In this document: positions 50,901 to 63,538 of the stretch, piece by piece
Layout: each line of letters starts with the position of its first letter
Numbering within the stretch: the stretch's first letter is position 1
NCBI RefSeq assembly: GCF_001194135.2
Contig: NC_068987.1
Coordinates: 47,654,164-47,718,163, forward strand
Reading direction: 5' to 3'
DNA length: 64,000 nt
From: Octopus bimaculoides
Taxonomy: Eukaryota
Notes under the pieces: model-generated
The model's database searches: none
The model's input: only the letters and a program-made list of their open reading frames with translations
Told to the model about the DNA's origin: nothing
Position numbers and translations under genes: made by a program

Positions 50901-51360
50901 TCATCATCATCGTTTAACGTCCGCTTTCCATGCTAGCATGGGTTGGACGATTTGACTGAGGACTGGTGAAACCGGATGGCAACACCAGGCTCCAATCTGA
51001 TTTGGCAGAGTTTCTACAGGTGGGTGCCCTTACTAACGCCAGCCACTCAGAGTGTGTAGTGGGTGCTTTTACAGGCGGTACTGGCAACGGCCACGCTCAA
51101 AATGGTGCATTTTATGTGCCACCTGCACAAGAGCCAGTCCAGGGGCACTGGCAACGATCTCGCTCAAAAATCCTTACACATGTCACGGGCACAAGTGCTA
51201 GAAAGGCGACGCTGGGCACAGGTGCTATCCCGATTTCGCTTGCCTCAATAAGTCTTCCAAGCTGAGTTTCGTGTCCAATGAAGGAGACGACGTTGGCACG
51301 GGTGCCAGTCGTCGAATTTAGTTCAATTTCACATGCCTCAACAAGTCTTCGCAAGCGGAG
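50901..51360 (-). mobile_element. young SINE-like element with RTE-type (GAT)n tail
   Basis: catcatcatcgtttaacgtccgctttccatgctagcatgggttggacg...gagtttctacag...gtgggtgctttt; CpG-rich and little decayed. Confidence 0.85.
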
Positions 51361-52215
51361 TTACCAATCATGCTTGACATCACATACAAAAAGGAAGAGA
51401 TATAGAACTAGAGAAATATAAATAAACTGAACATGAGAGGTGCAGGAGGAATGTACATATTAGTCTTGGAAGCAGGCAATGAATAAAGGAATGTTACATT
51501 CTGTGAGAGAGAAAGAATCACAGAAATGGAGTAGTTATACATATGAGAAATAAGGTAATAAATATTTTCTGTTTTTGAAAACTAGTATTCATCTCATCAT
51601 TTTGTATAAGCATCAAGAAATTTGATAAAATTTAAGTATATACACCACATTACTGATATTACCCATGGTGGGAAAAATATACTTCCAAAGCTTAAGATCC
51701 ATTTCTATCTGCATTGTCCTTTATTTTCCAAATATTTTAATATTGGAATTATCTCCTTTTTTTATATCTTAAACTCATTGAGGATGGTTTCATTTACTAA
51801 TTGCATGTAGTTTTTCAACTCTCACAATTACATATTTGAGTAATCTACCGCATGTGTATCACTATTTTTCTCAAGTGAAGAATCAATTCAGTAGTTAACA
51901 TCTCTTCAATCTGTTTTAATCAATATATCTCAACCTCCTTTCTTTTCCTTTTAACACAGCCAGTTTTCTTTGAGAGTTCATACAATACAGCAGACACAAA
52001 TTACATATATATGCATTACTGATACATGTACCATAGAAAAAGGGCTTGATATATGCAGAGTAAATCATTCAAAAATGAGGATGTATTGTTAGTCTGCTGT
52101 GTATGTGTGTGTATAATATATATAGTTTGACAACTCCTCATTAAAGTCAATCTTAAGTACATTTAACTCTCTAACTTCAACCAAATGTAATAAATGCTCC
52201 TTTCATTTCTTCACT

Positions 52216-52288
<73 letters not shown>

Positions 52289-52289
<1 letters not shown>

Positions 52290-52789
52290 ATGGAAAAATG
52301 CGAGCATGAAGAGTAATATTCTTAAGATTACAAACCTGGAAAAGTACAGGACAAGTTATTACACCTGTACAAGTTTAGGACAAGCTATTACTTCAAGTAA
52401 AGAATAAGAAACTTTTTACTTAAAATATTGCAGCAAAGAATGCCAGTTCTTCTAATTTATCCCTCTTTACAGTTCTCATCTTTTAAATTTATTGTACGAA
52501 ACTGTTCAGTTAATTTGTAAGTTTGTCTAATTAGTCACTTTTTTCTGTATCTAAGGTAGTAAATTAGCCAAATTCTACTTAAATAAGCATAGTGTTATTT
52601 GTAAACTATAATAAAATAATTTTTAATATTCAAATTTTAATTTTAGCTGCAATATTTTAAGTAAAAAGTTTCTTATTCTTTACTTTACTAAAAGTAATAG
52701 CTTGTCCTATACTTTTACAAGTGTAATAACTTGTCCTGTACTGTTCCAGGTTTATAATCTTAAGAATTTTACTTTTCATGCAATCCATG
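52289..52789. mobile_element. foldback/MITE-like element with about 145-bp inverted arms
   Basis: 52289-52434 is the imperfect reverse complement of 52646-52789. A partial third arm occurs at 52952-53010. Confidence 0.8.
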
Positions 52790-53347
52790 ATTTTTCCAGG
52801 CATTGTTGTTATAAGATAATAATGTGTCAATAATTTAAGATTTTGCCTTATAATATACTGAAAGATAATATTTCAATTTTTCCATGTAAGTGATGATAGT
52901 ATTTCAATATTTTTCATGTTTAATGTGAATGTGTGTGTGTGTGTGTATTTTACATGGAAAAATGCGAGCATGAAAAGCAATATCCTTCAGATTATAAACC
53001 TGGAAAAGTATTAATCGTGCAGGTGTTAATAAAGAAACGTACCATAATGTTGTTATGTATCCTCAAATCAACCCTGATACTGCCAACCTATCATCAAAGA
53101 CATTGCAGCCTTCAGCAAACCGTATTTTTAGAGATAACCTAGGACATTACATACAATGGGTATGTGATTTAGGTCGGAGGATACTTTCACTGCTATTTTT
53201 AGTGTGTCGAGCGGCCAGGTAGAAGCTCTTTCATTAGTTCGATTGCACGATGAGATTTTTTACACATATATGTAATATGTATATATATCATTGGCAGAAA
53301 TTAGTAAGTCAAAAGCTTCGAGTTTCATGTATTGGCACTTATCAAAC

Positions 53348-53950
53348 ATGAATTTGTCCATTGTCACTCTGTAACTTCTGACGAAATAACTTCTAAAATA
53401 CAAAATTTTGTCGAAAACGTTAAGAGTAAACCCTGTTCTATGCGACACATTCTACCAGTATCGGAAGTTTTAAAAAAGTGTTTAGTTAAAAAAAAATTAA
53501 TTAAATAATCTGTACATCTAATTGAATAGATCCAAAATGGATGAAAGACAAAGTCGACCTCGACGGAATTTGAACTCAGAACATAAAGACAGACGAAATG
53601 CCGCTTCTAAAATACGAAATTTTTTCAAAAACGTTAAGAGTAAACCCTGTTCTATGCGACACATTCTANNNNNNNNNNAACATGAATTTGTCCATTGTCA
53701 CTCTGTAACTTCTGACGAAATAACTTCTAAAATACAAAATTTTGTCGAAAACGTTAAGAGTAAACCCTGTTCTATGCGACACATTCTATCAGTATCAGAA
53801 GTTTGAAATTGTTTAGTTTAAAAAAAATAAATGAAATAAGCTGTACGTCAAAGTCAACCTTGGCGAAATTTGAACTCAAAAACGTAAAGACAAACGAAAT
53901 ACAGTTAAGCATTTCACTCGACACACTAACGTTTCTGCCAGCTCGTCGCC
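53348..53950. repeat. diverged tandem duplication containing SINE-B head fragments, spanning a gap
   Basis: ttctaaaatac...gagtaaaccctgttctatgcgacacattcta occurs three times (about 53390, 53605 and 53725). SINE-B pieces lie at 53545-53600 and 53845-53950. Confidence 0.75.
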
Positions 53951-55687
53951 TTAGAAAGTAAACATTGATTTCAGAAATATATTTTGTATTCTTTTAGTTG
54001 AAGTATTACTCCCTTACTCACTGACAAGAACTTTCGTAACATTTTACCTCATAACTCTTTTTCTACTAAATTTTGTTCAATGCAACTAGTGATTCTGAAT
54101 TCCTCATGCATTTTTCTATCATTTAAGCCTAAGAAAGGTATACTTTTAATTTAAAATATTAAAGTTGACGTTAATTGAAGGTGAATAGGTACCTTACTGC
54201 CCCCTTGAGGTCGCAGATATTTTGATGTAACTTTTTTTTCTACTGAACCAAATCTCAAACTATTTATTTATGTCAAAGTGTAGCTGAGGAGGTGTCCTCT
54301 TTAAAACTGATAACAGTTTGCAATTTAGTTGCGAACTAAATTAGTGGTTGAAGCTTGGAAGTTGCTGCGATTGACGAAATGGTGGACTTAAGAATATATT
54401 CGACCACTATAATGTAACAGTAACAAAATATACTAAAAATATATTTTACATACTGCAAACATCCGGAATAAATCTCAAGAGGGATAAAGTGAGAGAGAGT
54501 GTATGTTACTTGTGCTATACCTTTGCGCAAATATCTGGAGGTACATATAGCACACATGAGCATTCGTGTCTAAATCCTTACAAATAAATAAATTTAAATA
54601 CAGCTTACTCACACAATGTCCCTTTAATCGTTACAAGTATAAGAATGCGCTAATTTATAAAATGTAGGAGTGAGCCTTAGGTACTCACTTAGCTTGAAAA
54701 CAAATTTGATGACACTACACAGTGTTGAACGTGACAATCGTTTAAATTACGATTAGATAATAGGTTCATCAGCCATTAGGACAGACATACTAATATTTTC
54801 GAAAGAATATTTTAGTATATACCGTACATACTTTTTTTTTTTACGAATAAAATTATCATAGACAGCTAAATCAAAATGACTTATAAAGTCAGTGGAGAGA
54901 AGACACCTATTTACAACAAATTCCTACGTGGATCGACTTATATTCAATTGACGATCTTGGATCGATTGAATAAGTAACAATCAAATACCATACCGCTTTA
55001 AACGATTATACGTCTCCCCACAAAACGTAACCTCGCGCTTAAGCTATAATTATTGCATTTTCTAGAACTTAATTAAATATATATCTTGTGCTCATATCCT
55101 TCGAGTGTTGCTTAAATTTATCCCCCAAAGTACAAAAGGGAGTGGATTTATAGGGTCTGTGTACAATTGTATACGAAACTAGGGACAAAGATAGGAAATT
55201 CTCAAGAAAAAGATAACAGGGCCGAATCCTCGATAAATGGAGAAACGAAATAAAAAAAAAATAATCAAGTCTCTTTCTCTCTCTCTATCTACATACACAC
55301 ATATATAAATATATATATTGCTTATAATTAAATTATAAACATTTAAAATATATTATTAGTTTTATATATACATATATCATAATAAACACACTGGTTTTCA
55401 AACTTCGATGTTCACCTTATATCATTACGACTGTCCGTTAAACAACAAAGTTGACGAAAACCGTCGTTATTTTTATCAGCCACCATTGATATGAATCCAA
55501 TTACCTGAGACAGGTGGGAGTCATTAATACATGTCAATTACAGGTGGTAGCTCACTTTCGTTCAACAAACAACTCTTTCCCTTCCAAGAACGATTATGTT
55601 GAGCAACAACAACAAAATGATTAAAATAAAGACAACATTAAGAGAATGAGAAAGGATGTTGAAATAAACAAAAGGTGTGAACTTTAC

Positions 55688-55690
55688 CAT
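55688..55690 (-). CDS. AP1S2: AP-1 complex subunit sigma-1, coding exon 1 (initiator ATG only; 5' UTR extends to higher coordinates)
   Basis: Minus strand reads ccgcttcaagATG|gtaaagt: ATG with A at -3, immediately followed by a GT donor. It sits in the only CpG-rich, promoter-like region. An ATG-only first exon gives MMQFML..., as in vertebrate AP1S1 (recalled, not checked). No transcript evidence available. Confidence 0.7.
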
Positions 55691-55809
55691 CTTGAAGCGG
55701 TGTGGGAAACAACAAACGAACAAATCTTGTTCGATATATTACACCAGACGCAAAAGAGTCGTGTTAAACCAAGCGAATGAGTAACATGTCACTGCAGATC
55801 GAATGCATA

Positions 55810-55880
55810 AAGTGATGACGTCACTAAACGTAATACTGTTGAATGCCTGAGACGTTGGTTGTTTTTCACCAATCAGACAA
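55810..55880 (-). promoter_or_regulatory. proximal promoter of AP-1 sigma gene: CRE palindrome and CCAAT box
   Basis: TGACGTCA at 55816-55823 and ACCAATCAG (CCAAT at 55869-55873), 125-185 nt upstream of the ATG. Local CpG retention (about 54400-56100) contrasts with the CpG-depleted remainder. Confidence 0.6.
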
Positions 55881-57379
55881 TAAAATGTATAAAACGTCAT
55901 GAGAATGTGATTAGATTTTAGTAACAAACTATATAAGTTTGACACGCATATATGTATTTATGTTGGAGGCGTGTCTCAAATACTGTATAATCCCTGTTTT
56001 ACCTGAATCACCTGACAATTCCGCCGCAAATAATAATTCGCTACAATTTTGCTTGTTTGCGTATCTCATGATAATAATCTTTCCACTTGAAAAAGAAACA
56101 CATTTTTTTTAAAATCAAGAGGTGTGTATGAAAAAGAACGAATTTCCATGCAAAACGATTATGTAAACTTCTTTTCCTCTACATATCCTTAAAACTAAGT
56201 TAGCAAAGTCAGCTTGAATCCTAAAACAAATTTGTACCTATTCATAAAAAGTTAGTGCCTGATTAGACCATCAGGCACTCCTTGATGGAATATCATCAAA
56301 TTTATAATCACTGATCTTAATTCTGTATTGCATTCCAATTAATAAGCAGAATCAAGAATTAATTTCTTATGGTTAAAAACGGTTTCTGCACAGGGCTATC
56401 AATTTTGAAGGTTGCAGTTAGTCAATTCCATCAACTGCGGTACATGATTGGTCCTTTAATTCATTGACCCTGATAAATGAAAAGCAAAAAAAAATATAAC
56501 TTAGAAATTAAAAAGGGCATAACAATGAAAATGAGTCAAAGAGACACAATTCATCAATTCCATACGACACCAAAGAATCATTCATTTTGTGGCCCCTAGA
56601 ACTCACAACTCTGAATTACCTCACCAAGGTCTCACTTCTCATGTCTCAAATCTTGGTGGTGACCAGTGCAGTCTTAAGATATGGGCATGCTGAACACTTG
56701 TCCAAGGACCCTATGGGTGTAGGGACCCAATGCAATTCTATGTATGCTGTAGTTGTGGTTATAGATGCCCCAGGTCATTGCTATTCCTGGGGGCTTATAG
56801 TACTGTTGAAGCAACCCTGGTGGTGACATATAGATAGAAGAGCTTGCAACTTTTCCCACTTGTTAACCAAGGTCTCCAAAGGACAAATGATGGAGCCAGG
56901 TGATTTTTTTTTTTTTTTTTTTTTGCTCTAAAATCATGCCCAGATGAATTCCATCTACAAACAGGATAGTAGTAACCCTGAATGCAGATTTCTAGTCATA
57001 GGACACTCTCATTTCACCCTTGCCATAAAAATCACTGCCCATCCCACCATTATCCTAACTTCATTATTATCCCTGTCACCCTTTACTTAATTCACCTGAT
57101 TCATATTTTACCCAAATTTCTTTTCATGTTTAGGTCTTCAACTCCCTTCTGTTTTACTGCTTCCTCCTTTTTTTTTTTCCATAATTTTTATCATTTTAAG
57201 CACCCCTTTTTTTTCCTAGTTTTCCATGGACCCTGTTATCTTTCCACCATCTTTTACAGCTACCATTTTCTAATCATTTTTTTCCCAATATCTTTCCAAA
57301 AATTTTTTTCGAACTTTTTTCTTTATAATGTTATTTATATCCCCTCAGTATTCTAATTTTGTTATCTATTCTTGTCCAG

Positions 57380-57960
57380 TCTGTTTTTATTCTTACCTTT
57401 ATTTATTTTATTTTGTTTTACTTTATTCCACTTGAACTTTTGGCCATTCTTCCAAAATTAATTGTTATAGTTTCCTTTCATTTTAATCACCATGTTTTTC
57501 AGTAATTTTCAATATTTTGTCCACGCCCTCTCAATTTTCACTAATCCTTAAAACTTTTTTGCCTTATTCTATATTTTGTTTACTGCTTTGCTATTTTGCC
57601 CATCCCTCTAATTCAGCAACCATACCATTTTAACTCTTATGTTATTTTAATATTTTATTTTTCATTCATTACTTCTAATCATCATCTGCTGTTCCAAAGT
57701 GTATTATTCAAACACCCGTTCCCTCTTCCCTTTCTTTATCTATTTTTCCTTTTCTTCCTTTTCTCTTCTTTCTTATTTTTTCTTTCTTTAACTCTCCCTC
57801 TTTCTTTTTCCGTTTTGCTCCTCGTCTTCCTTTTAGTTTCCTTTACTTTTCGTTCTCTTTCATTCTCATTTTCTTTCTTATTCTTTTTCCTCTTCTTTTC
57901 TTCCATCCTGTTTTCCTCCTTTTTTCTCAACTGTATCATACTTTCTCCCCATTATTACAC
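57380..57960. repeat. pyrimidine-rich low-complexity tract
   Basis: T/C-dominated sequence; its ORFs are F/L/S-rich or K/E/R-rich artefacts. Confidence 0.8.
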
Positions 57961-58149
57961 CCTACACATACACACACTATAAATGTGTAAACCCCATTAA
58001 TTTTTCCAGTCACAGCTTGCCTGAAGATTCTGTGAACCTACAGGTGAAACTCAGAGGGAAGCAAGAGACTGGCTTGCCCAAAATAAAATATAATTTATTT
58101 CTACCATTGAGTGCACCTTTTTCTGACAGTATTCACATATGTATGTATC

Positions 58150-58850
58150 GTCATCATCAGCATCATCATCATTTAACAGCTGCCTCCCATGCTGGCATGG
58201 GTGAGATGGTTTGACAGGAGCTGGCCAGGCAGAAGTCTGCACCAGACTTCTGTAACTGTTTTAGCAGGATTTATACAGCTAGATGCCCCTCCTAACACCA
58301 AGCAGCCAGCAGAGTGGACTGAGTGCTTTTTATGAGGCACAAGCACAGGCAAGGTCAGTTTTGGCAAGGTTTTTACAGCTGGATGCCCTTCCAAACAGGA
58401 ACCACTTTACAGTATGGACTGGATGCTTTTTAAGTGGCACCTGCACTGACAGGGTCAACAAGTAACTCACAAGACAAAAATCTTTTGAGTGGGGAGGAGG
58501 CATTGGAGGAGGTGATCTTGTGTCAGATGATGAAAGTTTATAGTGAGACAGAGAGACAGAAAAAGGTGTCTTGCTGTAGAAGAGGTACAAGGTTACTGGA
58601 GAGAGAGAGAGAGAGAGAATGAAAACAGAAACAAGTATGCTGCCGCAAAGGAGATACATAGTTACCCAAACTGAAGGAAGTGCAGGAGAAAAAGAGAGAG
58701 AGTGGGAGGCAGCAGGATAGAGATAGTAGCAAAGTGCTGGGCATACTTGCAAGCGATGGGGATCAGAATATAAACGAGATGGTTGCGTAAAGAGAGAGAG
58801 AGATACAGATGGTGGCAAGTGCCAGGGTATAGCCTTGAGGTTTGAAGGTC
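58150..58850 (-). mobile_element. SINE-like elements with RTE-type tail (two nested/tandem tails)
   Basis: catcatcatcatttaacagctgcctcccatgctggcatgggtg..., with tttacagctagatgcccctcctaac and a second tttttacagctggatgcccttcc. Confidence 0.65.
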
Positions 58851-58950
58851 ATAATATAAGTGGCAGAATATTGCAAAAGAAGCAAGACTAGAGAATGTAG
58901 AGGGATGGGGAAGTGAGTGGTGAAAACCTAGGTATATATAGAGTAGGGGA

Positions 58951-59305
58951 GGGGCTACCGGATAGCAATGTTACAGAGAAACAGGGCCATGAGGACAGGA
59001 TTGTGGAATGAGAGGTAAGCATAGTGTATGAAGGAGGGAATGTGAGGAAGAGAAGAGATGTAGATTGGTTTGTTGGGGTAGGATGTGTGAAAAGTTTTCT
59101 TGTTACATGTGAGTAGAACACACAGGTTGGGGGCTAGTGGATAGCAATATGATATAGTGGCACAGGGCCAAGAGGACAGGATTGGGGAGTGGGAGGTAAG
59201 CAGTGTATGAAGTGGAAATGCGAGGAAGAGATGTAGAAATGTAGTTTGGTTTGTTGTGGTAGGGTGTGTGAGAAGTTTTCTTGTTAAGTGTGGGTGGGAC
59301 ACACA
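58951..59305. repeat. diverged tandem dimer, period about 179 bp
   Basis: gatagcaat at 58961 and 59140; acagggcca.gaggacaggatt and aagttttcttgtta occur in both units. Confidence 0.85.
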
Positions 59306-59334
59306 GCGCTTCTAGAACTCAGTTTCGCTGACAT

Positions 59335-60605
59335 TGGTGGGTTTTCTCAAGAACCTTATATCGCCAGACATCTCAGTCCATTGTCATTTCTTCCATGAGG
59401 CCCAACATCCTGAGATCAGTCCTTACCACTTCATCCCACATCTTCCTGGGTCTCCCTCTTCTGCGGGTACCAGACACATTCAGTGATCAGCACTTCTTTA
59501 TGCTGCTGTTCTCATTAATACACATCACATGTCCAAACCAATGTAGTCTTCTCTCTTGCATGCTACATTTGATTCTTCTTATGCCCAACTTTTCTCTCAA
59601 TACATTTGAACTTTGTCATACATGCACACTGATGTTGCACATCCAATGGAGCATACTGCCTGCATTTCTCTCTGAATGTCTTCTGCATTCAGAGCCCATG
59701 TCCCACTACCATGGAGTATAGCTGTTTGCACACAAGCATCATACAGTCTACCTTTCACTCTGTGGGAGAGTCCTTTTGTTACTAACAGAGGTAATAGCTA
59801 TCTGAACTTCCTCCACCCTATTCTTTTTCTAGAAACAACACTTTCAAAGCATCATCCATCATTGCTAATTTGGTCGCCGAGGTAATTGAAACTATCTACA
59901 ATCTCAAGAGCCTCCTGGGCATTTCAGAGAATCTAAGTCCCATATGCTCTTAATGCTTAATGTTCCTCCACATCTGCCACATACAAGGATGACTTTATCT
60001 GCTAATCAACCTGCATCTCTTATGTGTCCATAGTTTACACTGAGTGCAGCAAATGGAATTTCTTCCAACTCCTTTCCTACATATTGAGCCATTTACCTGA
60101 TAGAAAGAGAGTTTTAACTTCTTTCTTACTAACAACAACTTTGGTCTTTGTTAGGTTAGCTTTAAGACTCTTTGATTCCAGGTTGTGTTTCCATACCTGA
60201 AATTTCTTCTCCAATTCTGCTAAAGAATCTGTAATAATAGCAAGGTCATCAGCATATAGCAGTTCCCACAGGCCCCAGTTTTGAATTCCTCTGTTATGGC
60301 CTGGAGAACTATAATGAATAAGAGTGGGCTGAGAACCGAGCCTGCATGCTAAATTCATCACTGTATTCATGGCCGACTCTCACCTTACTGACAGCACCAT
60401 TGTACATGGCTTGCACAGCTCTAACAAACCACTCCTCTACTCCTAACTTCCTTAGAGACCACAATATTGCAGAGAGGGGAACTCTGTTGAAAGCTTGCTC
60501 CAGGTCAACAAAGGCTAAGTACAATGGCTTAATTTTGGCCAAGTACTTTCCCTGCAGCTGTCGTACTAGGGAAATGGCATCTGTGGGTACTCTTCCCAGG
60601 TACAA
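59335..60605 (-). mobile_element. RTE-clade LINE 3' half, decayed
   Basis: LVRQLQGKYLAK..LYLAFVDLEQAFNRV, WELLYADDLA, and C-terminal RRRGRPRKMWDEVVRTDLRMLGL. Confidence 0.92.
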
Positions 60606-60949
60606 AACCAAACTGCATTTCATATGTATGTATGTACTCCTTTTTCTGACAGTATTCACACACACACACACACAGAGTTCAAATTTACAGTAAACAAAAG
60701 GCAAAGGTGAAGGAAGAAGCAGGTGTATTAGTTTAATGCTAAGGAAGAATAGAAAAGTCTTGACGTTTTGAGCCTACGCTCTTTGACGGAAAAGATTAAG
60801 AGATAAAAAATGGAGAGAGGAAAAAATGTGTAGGGATTAATGGTTCAACATAATGAAAAAGATATATATATATGTATGTATATATATATATATAATAATG
60901 AAATTATTGCGTATAGTGCTCAGGTGCACTACAACTTATCAAAGGTGCA

Positions 60950-62700
60950 TGTACAGTAAATAGAATCACGTACAAAAGTCAGAAAAGTGAACAGTATATG
61001 AGTCATGATATACATGTGTGCACACGTATGGAGCGGGAGATATCAAGTGTATTGTTGGCGAATTTCAGGAAGCCTGATGGTTTTAAAGGATGCAATGTCT
61101 TGGCAACTAACAACTGATGCAGGTAATTTGTTCCATGCTTCAGCAACTCTGAGTGTGAAAAAATGTTTCTGAAAGGCATAGGAACTGTGCTGTTTACTGA
61201 CTTTGTAGGTGTGCCCACATGTGTGTTAGACACATGGAGCTCAAAAAAGTGCTCAGGATGGTTGTTGGCACAATGGTTAATAATTTCGTGGGTGTTTATA
61301 AAGTCAGTTGCCATACATCGTAGCTTCAATGAATCTATGCCCAGGGAAACAAGATGTTTAGAGTATGGTAGATGTCTGATGGAAGGTATTCACTTGGTTG
61401 CACGTCTCTGAACAGCTTCCAGGAGGTCGATGTCCTGAGCAAGATAAGGGTTCCAGACTGGTGATGCAAATTTCAAGTGTGGCTGCACCATAGCCATGTA
61501 CAGCCTTAAATAGACAGCTGGAGAGCAGCTGACAGAGGTCTTGCTGAGTGATGCCAAGATACCCTTGGTCTTCTTGACAGTTTTAGAGATGTGCTTTGTC
61601 CAGTGCAAATCACTGCTGACAGTAATGGCCAGGTCACATTCACAAGAAGACTTCTTGATATTAATGTTGTGGAGACAGTGTGTGGATGCTGGGTTTTTCC
61701 TCCCAAAATGCATAGTGGTACACTTATCCACAGCAGCTTGAGTTGCCAGTCTGTGATCCATTGTTGTATTGTGTCCAGGTCCAATTGAAAGATCTATAGT
61801 GTTCAGGATCTGTCTTTTTATCTCAGGATACAGCTTGATGTCATATGCATATTTCAGCACTGTGGCATTCTTTACGTTGGCATCTATGTCATTAATGTAT
61901 GCAACAAACAAAAGGGGACCAAGAACAGTTCCCTGTGGTACACCAGATGACATCTCATAGGGTGAAGAATGCTATCCTAGAACCGTGACTGCCTCTTTTT
62001 GGCTGAGAATGAAGGTCTCCAACCAGTTAAAAAGATCATCTTTCACACCCATTGCAGAGTTTTGCCATAAGTCTTTTGTGTGGCACAGAATTAAAAGCTT
62101 TAGCAAAGTCAAGGTAAACAACATCCACCCATGAGCCGCCATCAGTGATCCAAGTGATGTCTTCAAGAAACTCGAAAAGTTGATCACAACAGCTGGAGTT
62201 AGGGATAAATCCAAATTGCAAGGGCCAGATAAGGCTGTGAGAATTCCAGAAGTTCCAGAGTTTTTCTCTGACACAGGATTCCATCAGTTTGGCAATGCAT
62301 CTAGTAAGACTGACTGGTCGATAGTTGGCAGGCAATGTGCACCTTTTTGAACAGAGGAATGACACTGGCATTTTTCCACTGCTCTGGAGTAGCACCGCTG
62401 TTAAGACAACTGAAAGAAGAGTGTAAGCTGGTGCAGAAGAAAGTACCCACCATGTTGGAGATGCAGGCACATAACACCATCAAGACTAGGAGAGGCATAG
62501 TTGCACTTATTCTTAAGGTGATGTTGCAGCATTGCAGGTATAAATTCCATAGTTGTTATAGAATTTCATGTCAGAGGTGGTGGAGATGGTACATTTTGGT
62601 TTTCGACAGTAAAAATGCCTGCATAGCATTCAGCAATGAGTTTTGCGCATTCTTTTGGATCATCACTAATGTGGCTTGTGTGGGGATTGCTAAGAGGACC
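60950..62700 (-). mobile_element. CR1-clade LINE (RT and C-terminal region), decayed
   Basis: PEQWKNASVIPLFK, NYRPVSLT, QFGF, VVYLDFAKAFNSVPH, SGVPQGTVLGPLLF, VWNPYLAQDIDLLEAVQRRATK; frameshifted. Confidence 0.93.
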
Positions 62701-62759
62701 AACTGGAGAATATATATATGTGTATGTATGTATATGTGTGTGTGTGAATATGATAATAA

Positions 62760-63090
62760 TACAACAGATAAGAAGACCTATCTGGATTATGTGAAGGAGA
62801 ATTCAAAAATCACTATGCCAATCACATAGCTTCCTTCTGACATAAGGACAAAAGCAAAGCTACTAAGTTGGCTAGCTATGTATGGAGTTTGAAAGATAAC
62901 GAAATACCACATGTGATTAAGTGGAAAGTAATTGAGAAATCCATACCTTATGTGAATGGATCGAATAAATATGGGCTTTGTTTAGCTGAAAGAGCACAGA
63001 TCCTGTTCAGATCTAAGATCCCTAACTCTCTACTGAACTCTAGGTCAGAAATTTTCAGCATTGCAAGCATATGTATGAATATATTTTAAG
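62760..63090 (+). mobile_element. GIY-YIG endonuclease fragment of a second Penelope-like family
   Basis: KTYL..EGEFKNHYANHIASF..ATKLASYVWSLKD..IKWKVIEK..CLAER..LLNSRSEIFS matches the PLE endonuclease C-terminal pattern. Confidence 0.75.
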
Positions 63091-63130
63091 GAAGTGGAAA
63101 ATTCCACCTATTCCCAATCAACTTGTTGAT

Positions 63131-63538
63131 AGGTGCAGGAGCGGCTGTGTGGTAAGAAGTTTGCTTCCCAACTACATGGTTCTGGGTTCAGTCCCTCTGC
63201 GTGGCACCTTGGGCAAGTGTCTTCTACTATAGCCTTGGGCTGTCCAAAGCCTTGTGAGTGGATTTCATAGACGGAAACTGAAAGAAGCCTGTCGTATATA
63301 TATATATATATGTATATGTATGTATTTGTGTATGTGTTTGTCCCCCACCACCATCGCTTAACAACTGATGTTGGCGTGTTTACATCCCCCGTAACTTAGC
63401 AGTTCGGCAAAAGAGACTGATAGAATAAGTACTAGGCTCACAAAGAATAAGTCCTGGGGTCAATTTGTTCAACTTAAGGCAGTGCTCCAGCATGGCCGCA
63501 GTCATATGACTTAAACAAGTAGTAAAGAGCAAAAGAAT
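63131..63538 (+). mobile_element. full-length tRNA-derived SINE (family A)
   Basis: ggtgcaggagcggctgtgtggtaagaag...ggttctgggttcagtccc (A/B boxes), internal (TA)/(TG) tract, ...ctccagcatggccgcagtc...aaacaagt. Confidence 0.9.

Noticed and set aside
57596-57982. Hydrophobic 128-aa ORF resembling a membrane protein
   Set aside because: Low-complexity pyrimidine tract.
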